Assembly (NCBI GenBank): GCA_043779265.1
Contig: JAYWEM010000069.1
Coordinates: 1-43,394, forward strand
Length of the DNA: 43,394 bases
Origin: a bacterium
GTDB taxonomy: Bacteria; Eisenbacteria; RBG-16-71-46
Direction: 5' to 3'
The notes beneath the pieces were generated by a model. It saw only the letters and a list, made by a program, of their open reading frames with translations, had not been told where the DNA came from and ran no database searches. The position numbers and the translations under genes were made by a program. Of this stretch, positions 37,801 through 43,394 are shown piece after piece. The first letter of the stretch is position 1. Each line of letters starts with the position of its first letter.

Positions 37801-39192
37801 AACGAGACGGCGTGGTCCAACGCCACCGAGGTGAGCCTCGGCTTCGTCCCCGGCACCGAGGGCGGCACGCACACCAAGCAGTTGACGCTGTCCGACGGCA
37901 CCTACTACTTCCGGCTCCGGACCCGTGACGACAACGGCAACTGGTCCGCGATGAGCACGCAGAGCACGGTGGAGGTGCCGGCCGACCCGCCGACCGAGTG
38001 CTTCGAGGGCGGCGGCGGTGGCGGCGGGGGCGGTGGCTCGAGCGCGCGGCGCGGGAACGGAGCACTCTCCGTGCTGCCGGGTGGAGGCGCGCCGCTGTCG
38101 CTGCCCCACGCGAACACGCTGTTCCCGAGGCCGCTGCGGCAGGGCGTGACGCGCGACCTATCGCGGCTCGGCGCCGACCCCAGCGAGGGCGGGTCCGAGG
38201 CGGGCGTGTGGGTGTCGTCCAACCCCGGCGTGTCGATGCAGGTGGACGAGATGCGGCTGCTCGCGGTGGACCATGCCGAGGGCCGCGAGGCGCTGGTGTC
38301 CGAGGCGGGCATCGTCACGTGCGTCGTGGAGCCGGTGGGCGGCGTGACACTCGGGGACTCGGTCGCCGCTTCGGCCGAGGCCGCGTTCGCGCTCGAGACC
38401 GGTGAGAGCGCCACGATCGACCTGGGCGTCGCCACGACGTTGCTGCTCGAGAGCGCGCGTGCGGGCGAGGCGGGGCGAGGTCAGAGGAACGGCGTGCTGG
38501 TGCAGGTGCCGCGGGGTGGTGGCTGGGTCACGCTGCGCCGGGTGGTGCCGAGGCGGGTGGCCGAGCCGGTGGCGGTGGCCGCGGGGGTGACCCGCGTGCG
38601 GCTGCTGGCGCTCGAGGACGTGCGCATCGAGCGGCTGGGGGCGCTGACGCAGGTGAGCGCCGCCTCGCCCGCGTCGCTCACGATGACCTCAGCCACCGGG
38701 GCGGCGGGCGCCGACGTGGCGGCGCTGCTCTCGGCCGAGGACGGCGAGCGCGCCGCGAGCGCCAACGGCCAGGCGGTGAGCGCCAGCTTCACCGTGCCGG
38801 AGGCGGCGGTCGGGCTCACGCGGAGCTGGTTCCTGTCGGTCGCGGCGTCGTTCGAGGGCTCGTCCTACGGGGCGTTCTCGCGGCGGGGGCTGGAGGGTCC
38901 GGGGGCGCCGCCGAGGTTCGCGCTGCACCAGAACCAGCCGAACCCGTTCACGCGCTCGACGGGCATCGCGTTCGACCTGCCGCGCGGCGAGACGGTGTCG
39001 CTGGATGTGTACGACGCTGCGGGCCGCCGGATGCGGACGCTCGCCTCGGGCTGGCGCCCGGCGGGCAGCCACCGCGTGGAGTGGGACCAGCGCGACGGCC
39101 ATGGCGCACTGGTGCGGGCGGGCGTGTACCTCTACCGCCTGCGCGGCACGGCCTCGGGTGTCATCGAGCGCAAGCTGGTGGTGCTGCCGTGA
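34894..39192 (+). CDS. Large secreted copper radical oxidase-like protein (AA5/GlxA-like propeller, nested Kelch propeller, DUF1929, FN3-like, FlgD-Ig CTD); natural start probably upstream of the G11 tract
   Basis: DLFCAGH (Cys104), RWYPT (Tyr159), RNYHST (Tyr751/His752), ATHG (His841), numbered from ATG 34894; PPGEYLLFVVD; YYFRLRTRDDNGNWS; QNQPNPF..VYDAAGR..GVYLYRL. Confidence 0.88.
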   Translation: MAAAVLLMSASGDDARAQSQTTPYSTYGFWQDAGHQGVVGTHVAVMRDPEDDSTKVFLFGGSGVNQVMRAFAFKPGQNAVLPSSSNLIPVPHPAGDVTLLDLFCAGHVVLPDGRMLLVGGEAWSPLGIEQGFRFDPRYPSSSVTNPWTSIASMAQERWYPTLTVLPSGKVLANSGNMNTYMLSMGGEDSLGALNDSLHHLAVTNRSYWMSNSNAGTRPPARKDHGFIGDADRGIVFGGQGVSARLGDVWYMVRNSATDSSWSWQQMIPLSVATRGRPVARSRHTFTPKRNGTEIGGYVFGGRDSATGAAMRDLWYGRRPGGSANWEWTNLTPEPLPSNWPSARYGHAAVLDPGPPGSSRPRLLIFGGREEGGSLASNEVWAFDTVAAAFYRPPIGTPEGAPEAREGHVAIYESCEGACQRSIYHSTIPARRMTFFGGQGASSLLGDLWGLWRADLNPTDTTYTWDAMVLSGAQGTAPSGRTRMAGVYDQWGDRLLLFGGDTTSAGSPSGVIDTVVAFELRDAITSSFTRWNSPGMRTPRFASHNRPKARAGHAAMVDAQPRVARFPEVFDPSSGSAGSWVTAHVATNDPPKMELYPLMFVLRSGKVFHGGPRDHGDQYKYLFDPGTNLWDAATHSSNYSGSSAAMFKPGFILRGGTHSDGDRVSGDNKSDSVSFEGSATSGWHSINPGTHGNLGVRANNNLTLLPTGDVVATGGLSGTVLTSAYKAPRIWSATTGAWSGFDLNPDPHPRNYHSTAILLPDGRVLSTGGEKNNQDLSNDFRFRISVFEPPYLFDGNSLATRPSLTSPGLADTIGPSQRFTVCTPQAATISSVALVKPGAATHGFNQDQRYVPLAFTRVTGANPRLYVTAPPDVNHAPPGEYLLFVVDSAGVPQGKNRVPSVGRWMRMHPSAGLDDCDATRPGKVTALNACHDHETNTVNFEWVSPPEDSAVTGSGPGTAFSLRYSTSSISNETAWSNATEVSLGFVPGTEGGTHTKQLTLSDGTYYFRLRTRDDNGNWSAMSTQSTVEVPADPPTECFEGGGGGGGGGGSSARRGNGALSVLPGGGAPLSLPHANTLFPRPLRQGVTRDLSRLGADPSEGGSEAGVWVSSNPGVSMQVDEMRLLAVDHAEGREALVSEAGIVTCVVEPVGGVTLGDSVAASAEAAFALETGESATIDLGVATTLLLESARAGEAGRGQRNGVLVQVPRGGGWVTLRRVVPRRVAEPVAVAAGVTRVRLLALEDVRIERLGALTQVSAASPASLTMTSATGAAGADVAALLSAEDGERAASANGQAVSASFTVPEAAVGLTRSWFLSVAASFEGSSYGAFSRRGLEGPGAPPRFALHQNQPNPFTRSTGIAFDLPRGETVSLDVYDAAGRRMRTLASGWRPAGSHRVEWDQRDGHGALVRAGVYLYRLRGTASGVIERKLVVLP

Positions 39193-41567
39193 GACCGAGA
39201 CGATGGGCGATCGCCTGCCTACTCCTCTCCGCCGGCCTGGGGGCATGGTGCCCCCGGGCGGCGTTGGGGCAAGTGGCCCGGCCGGAAGTGCACTTCGAGT
39301 TCGAGAACTCGGCATTCAGGAACCAAACCGAGCCGGACATCATGCTTGATGGCGATCGCCTGCTGATTGCTTTCTATGGGGGCTCAGGAAGCAGCAACGC
39401 TTGGACGTTGTCGTCGGACGGTGGAGCCATCTGGAGCGCTAACTCCAATTTCCCTTGGCTGCCTGGCGCGCTGGTCGACACGAACGAGGGATTTCCATCC
39501 CTCTGCCTCGTTGGCGCGGGGCGACTTCTCTGTGTACAGGGGGTTGCAAGTGGCGTGACGCTCTCAGTTACCGCTGGCGATGTGGCGGGGACGCTCAACT
39601 GGTCTTTTCGGTCGGAGCCCACGGAGCGATTGAGCGGTGCCCAGTGCAGTCGCTACAACAACCCAAGACTCGTGCACGATGCTGTCGATGGAGTGACCTA
39701 CCTTACCTACACGCGTTCATTCGACGTCGCACGAGACGCCTGCAACTCGCGAATCGAGCTCCTGCGCTCGATGGACGAGGGCCTCACGTGGAGCCCGCCG
39801 CTCGTGCTCAACGACCCGTCGCGCTCAGCGAGCCAGGGCGCGCAACCGGTGGTGGGGCCGGATGGTGAGCTGTACGTGGTGTGGCGCGACTACGGCAGCG
39901 GCGATGTGCGCGTGCGCCGTTCGGACGATCACGGATTGACGTTCGGTCCCGAGACCGTGGTGGCGCCGGTGGCCGAGAACGTCTCGCCGGCGCCGAGCTG
40001 GACCGGCCGCGGCCGTTCCCACCCGGTGCGGCTAGCTGACGACGCGTGGATGTCCGACTTCCCGGCGGTGGCGGTGGACACGAGCAGCGGACCGCGGAGG
40101 GGGACGCTGTACGTGGCGTGGGCCGAAGGGCCGCAGTACACGCTGCTGCCCTCGACGGGCACGGCCTCCGACATCGAGCCCAACGAGTCCCCGGAGACCG
40201 GCAGCCCGTCCCGGCTGGGCGACGACATCGTCGGCTTCGCCAGTTCCGGGGGCGGCGGGGACTGCGACTACTTCCGGTTCGAGGGCGTCGCCGGACAGGT
40301 GGTGCACCTCACCGCGCAGGTCACGGCGGTGTTCCCCTCACCCAGCCCGGGAGCGGTCGGCGGCGGATCGTACCTCTTCTACCAGGACCCGGTGACGGGG
40401 GCGTTCTTCTCGGTGGCGTCCCACCGGTTCTTCTTCAACGGTGGCTACGGCCCGGGTACGCCGATCCTGCTGACGCTGCCGCGCACGGGGAGCTACGCAG
40501 TGTGCGCCGAGTGCGGGATCTTCTACAGCGTGGGCTACCGGATCCGCACGCGCGAGGCGCGAGTGGATCCGGGCTCGGTGGCGCGGGACCATCGCGATTT
40601 GGTGATGGTGAGCTCGAGCGACCGTGGGGCGAGCTGGACGCCCAAGCGGCTCATGGGGGACGCGCCACCCGGGTACGACGAGTGCCTGCCGGCGCTGGCG
40701 GTGGACGAGGCGGGGCGTCTGCACGCGGCGTGGTACGACCGGCGCGAAGGAGGACCGCTGCGGCTGGGGACCGACGCGCGCTGGGCGCTGTCACTGGACG
40801 GCGGCCTGAGCTGGCTGCCGAGCCTGCGGCTGAGCGGGGCGAGCGGCACGTGGCTGTCCTATGGCGGCACGCGCAGCAACATCGGCGACCGCATCGCGTT
40901 GGCGGCGGGCGGCGGCCGGGCGCACGTGGTGTGGGTGGACGGGCGCAATGTGGACGGTCCGTTCGATGACTACGATCTGTACACGGCGCGGGTGGACCTG
41001 GGCGTGGTGGGCATCGCGGTGCCGCGGTTCGCGGCGGAGGGTGAGGCGGTGGGCGTTCGGCTGCGATGGACGTTGTCGGATGCCAGCGGTGTGACGGGGT
41101 TCCGGGTGCACCGCCTGGGCGAGGCGGCGGCCGTCGTGTCGTCGCAGGCGCCGCGCGGCGAAGGGGAGTACGAGGCACTCGATGAGTCGCTGGCCGAGGG
41201 TGCGAGCGCGAGCTACCGCTTGGAGGTGCAGCGCGGGAGCCGGAGCGAGTGGCTGGGACCGGTCGAGGCGAGCCGTCCGGCGCCGGTGCGCGCGTTGGCG
41301 TGGTCGCGAGTCGGGCCGAGCCCGTTCTCGCGCGACGTGTCGATGACGCTGGCGATGCCGGCGGAGGGCGAGGTGTCGGTGCGGGTGTACGACCTCGCCG
41401 GCCACGAGGTGGCGCGGCTGCACGAGGGGCGGCTGCCCGCTGGGCCGCACACGCTGGTGTGGCGCGGCGGTGGCGCGAACCGGGCGAACGTGCCTCCGGG
41501 CATGTACCTCGTGCGGGCGAGGAGCGGGCGCGAGGAGGCCGTGCAGCGGGTGGTGCGCATCGAGTAG
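39189..41567 (+). CDS. Secreted BNR/Asp-box propeller protein with inserted PPC-like domain and FlgD-Ig CTD
   Basis: GTG overlapping the upstream stop; signal peptide; five Asp-boxes (SSDGGAIW, SMDEGLTW, SDDHGLTF, SSDRGASW, SLDGGLSW); DIEPNE..DYFRF; PSPF..VYDLAG..PGMYLVR. Confidence 0.82.
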   Translation: MRPRRWAIACLLLSAGLGAWCPRAALGQVARPEVHFEFENSAFRNQTEPDIMLDGDRLLIAFYGGSGSSNAWTLSSDGGAIWSANSNFPWLPGALVDTNEGFPSLCLVGAGRLLCVQGVASGVTLSVTAGDVAGTLNWSFRSEPTERLSGAQCSRYNNPRLVHDAVDGVTYLTYTRSFDVARDACNSRIELLRSMDEGLTWSPPLVLNDPSRSASQGAQPVVGPDGELYVVWRDYGSGDVRVRRSDDHGLTFGPETVVAPVAENVSPAPSWTGRGRSHPVRLADDAWMSDFPAVAVDTSSGPRRGTLYVAWAEGPQYTLLPSTGTASDIEPNESPETGSPSRLGDDIVGFASSGGGGDCDYFRFEGVAGQVVHLTAQVTAVFPSPSPGAVGGGSYLFYQDPVTGAFFSVASHRFFFNGGYGPGTPILLTLPRTGSYAVCAECGIFYSVGYRIRTREARVDPGSVARDHRDLVMVSSSDRGASWTPKRLMGDAPPGYDECLPALAVDEAGRLHAAWYDRREGGPLRLGTDARWALSLDGGLSWLPSLRLSGASGTWLSYGGTRSNIGDRIALAAGGGRAHVVWVDGRNVDGPFDDYDLYTARVDLGVVGIAVPRFAAEGEAVGVRLRWTLSDASGVTGFRVHRLGEAAAVVSSQAPRGEGEYEALDESLAEGASASYRLEVQRGSRSEWLGPVEASRPAPVRALAWSRVGPSPFSRDVSMTLAMPAEGEVSVRVYDLAGHEVARLHEGRLPAGPHTLVWRGGGANRANVPPGMYLVRARSGREEAVQRVVRIE

Positions 41568-41580
41568 CCGCTTGCCTCCC

Positions 41581-42360
41581 TCAAGGCCTCCGTCCGATCG
41601 TGAACGAGTAGCGCAGCGGCACCCAGACGATCTGCGGAAGGCTGTTCTGGAGGTAGGGCTTGTAGCGGTTCTTGAACGCCGCATCGATCGCCGCCCGCTC
41701 GAAGGAACTGTCGCGCGAGCCGCCGAAGATCTGCACCTGCTTCACGCTGCCGAGCGTGTCGATCATGGCCATCAACTCGACGCTGCCCTCCTGGTCCATC
41801 TCGAGTGCGAGGTCGGGATACTCGGGACGCGCGAGATGGAGTGCGATCAGCTCCTCGGAACGGATGATCGGCGCATCGAGTCGCAACAGCCGCGCGCGCG
41901 CGTTCCAATCCAGATCATCGAGGCCTTCGCCGAGCGGCTTGCGCTCGATGACCGGCCGGGCCTCTCGCTCGCCTCGCTCGCTGCGACCACCGCGCCGCGA
42001 CTCGGCCGTGACGTAGTCCACGGCCGCCTTGCCGCCACGCTCCTCGGGCCCGATCGCCTCGAGCCGGATGCGGTTCACGAACTGCGTCGGACCCTCGAAG
42101 CCGAAGCGTTCGGGGTTCTCGATCACCGTGCGCAGGTCCGGCCGCGCCATGAGCAGCAGTGCGCCCAGCACCGCGATGCCGGACACGGTGAGCAGGCTCA
42201 CCGTGAGGCGAGTGACGAAACGCTCGCGTTCACGCCAGTATCGATCGAGCCCGTAGAGCAACGGGACCTCCGGGCCGGAGACGGTCGGTCCATGTCGGGG
42301 CCCGGTCCCCGAGGCGCTGCTGCCCTTCACGAGACGGCCGGGGCCCGCGGACGCCTGCAT
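41581..42360 (-). CDS. TonB C-terminal domain protein with one TM helix (start uncertain)
   Basis: PEYPDLA..QEGSVEL..IDTLGSV..FERAAIDA..YKP..VWVPLRYSF pattern. Confidence 0.8.
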   Translation of the reverse strand: MQASAGPGRLVKGSSASGTGPRHGPTVSGPEVPLLYGLDRYWRERERFVTRLTVSLLTVSGIAVLGALLLMARPDLRTVIENPERFGFEGPTQFVNRIRLEAIGPEERGGKAAVDYVTAESRRGGRSERGEREARPVIERKPLGEGLDDLDWNARARLLRLDAPIIRSEELIALHLARPEYPDLALEMDQEGSVELMAMIDTLGSVKQVQIFGGSRDSSFERAAIDAAFKNRYKPYLQNSLPQIVWVPLRYSFTIGRRP

Positions 42361-42989
42361 GATGATGCTCGCGCGCTCGCTAAGGGTCCAGCCGAATGAG
42401 CGCTGCGGGCGCGGCTTCCGTACGGACGATGCGCACCTCGCCACGAGCGTCGGCCTGCAGCAGCAGCGAGCCTCCGAGCAAGGCCAGCGCATGTGGCCGC
42501 GGCGAGCCATCGGGTCCGATGAGCAGGACACGCTCCACGTCGAGGTCGCGTCCGAGGAAGTCGGCCGCGAGCGCGATCGACACGGGCGCTCGCACTCCGG
42601 ATGCGGTCGCTTTCGCACTGCGCCACAGGGACCCCGAGATGCGCGCGAGCGGCTTCCTCGAGGTCACCGCCGATGGGGCACGCCTGCCGCTGTACGTCGC
42701 AAGGCGAGGCAAGGCCGTCGAGCGCGAGGCGCCGTAGGCGGTTGCGAAGCCAGGCCACGACTGGTCCGGCAACTCCAGGCCGTTGCTGAGGCCAGTCTGC
42801 TACGTGCCGCTCGCCTCCTGGTCTCCACGTAGACCTGTCCGACCTCGATTTCGGCGCACACTGGAGCGGCGATGCCGACGCAAGTTGCCCATTGCGGAAC
42901 CCCTGTCCGACCTGCCAGACTCGACGCCGTAGGGGTCTTGTATTCCGATTCCGCGTCCACTCGTGATCCTCCACGCGGGAGTGTCCTCC

Positions 42990-43394
42990 ATGCTGAACCC
43001 CCCCCCCCTCGGTCCGCTCCAAGTTCACCGGAGCGATCCTCGCGTTGTCCCTGGTTCTCATCGGCGGTGTGATCGAGACCTCTCGACCGCACGCCGCCCA
43101 CGCCAGCGGCGTCAGTGGCAAGTGGCTCGGCCCGTATGAATGGGACGGCGTTCCCACCGACAGTTGCGAGACCGCGACGCACATGATGGCGCTGAGGGGC
43201 GGCGGGGACACGACGATCGTGCTGCACATGCACGGTACCGGCCGGCCCGCACCCTGCGACAAGGCCTCGCCGCGCGTGATGGTGATCCCGCCGGGAACGG
43301 CTTCGCCGAACTGGCCCTCGCTCTTCAACAAACATGTGCCGCCGCCGATCGGTCGCCCCGACCCGTTCTGCTGCGGTCACGCCTCGCTCGCCGA
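42990..43394 (+). CDS. 5' part of a second copper radical oxidase-like secreted protein, frameshifted at a C11 tract; runs off the window and is absent from the ORF track
   Basis: GGGAG SD and ATG 42990. After the tract the +1 frame reads SVRSKFTGAILALSLVLIGGVIETSRPHAAHASG..GKWLGP..ATHMMALRG..DPFCCGHASLA, paralleling GTHVAVMR..DLFCAGHVVLPD of the 34894 protein. Confidence 0.72.
42998..43008 (+). repeat. Poly-C tract (C11) beginning in codon 3
   Basis: 11 consecutive C. The coding frame has TGA at 42994-42996 and no start before the h-region; C10 or C13 restores the frame. Confidence 0.9.

Noticed and set aside
4354..39192. Direct functional link between the copper cluster and the copper oxidases
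   Set aside because: They are about 20 kb apart and separated by housekeeping genes; nothing in the sequence shows co-regulation.
42380..42772. 130-aa minus ORF and the overlapping 113-aa plus ORF (42396-42737)
   Set aside because: Parts of each look protein-like but neither has a recognisable motif or clear start; left unannotated.
1..43394. Many long overlapping ORFs, e.g. 5915-8431(-), 17195-19489(-), 12575-14266(-), 220-1713(-)
   Set aside because: Antisense or alternate-frame shadows of well-supported genes, expected in high-GC DNA; no recognisable motifs.

Overview
High-GC bacterial chromosomal window. The gene order and several FlgD-Ig/T9SS-like C-terminal domains suggest an FCB-group lineage such as Ca. 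Eisenbacteria (inference). Nearly all real genes are on the + strand. The housekeeping backbone is pgpA-cinA-thpR-recA-recX-alaS, rmlA-rmlD-gmhA-UbiA, ispE-spoVG-tRNA-Gln-prs-rplY-pth-rpsF-rpsR-DUF2232-rplI, PPIase, DUF151 and an LpoA-like gene. Three accessory blocks interrupt it. (1) An ~11 kb copper cluster between thpR and recA (cupredoxin, BNR protein, CopA, CusCBA-like) has no transcription-factor gene but is headed by a small Cys-pair ORF ending in RGPP, a candidate copper-sensing ribosome-arrest leader. (2) A fibre-like protein plus a small FlgD-Ig partner lie before the tRNA. (3) A block of large secreted beta-propeller proteins includes two copper-radical-oxidase (AA5-like) paralogues whose signal-peptide regions each carry an 11-nt homopolymer (G11, C11) that puts the natural start out of frame, a candidate phase-variation system. 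Other observations are a Kelch propeller nested inside the oxidase propeller, a palindromic candidate SOS box in the recA promoter, and a perfect 14-bp inverted repeat enclosing tRNA-Gln. No CRISPR array, transposase or integrase was seen. All calls come from reading motifs by eye; no searches were run.
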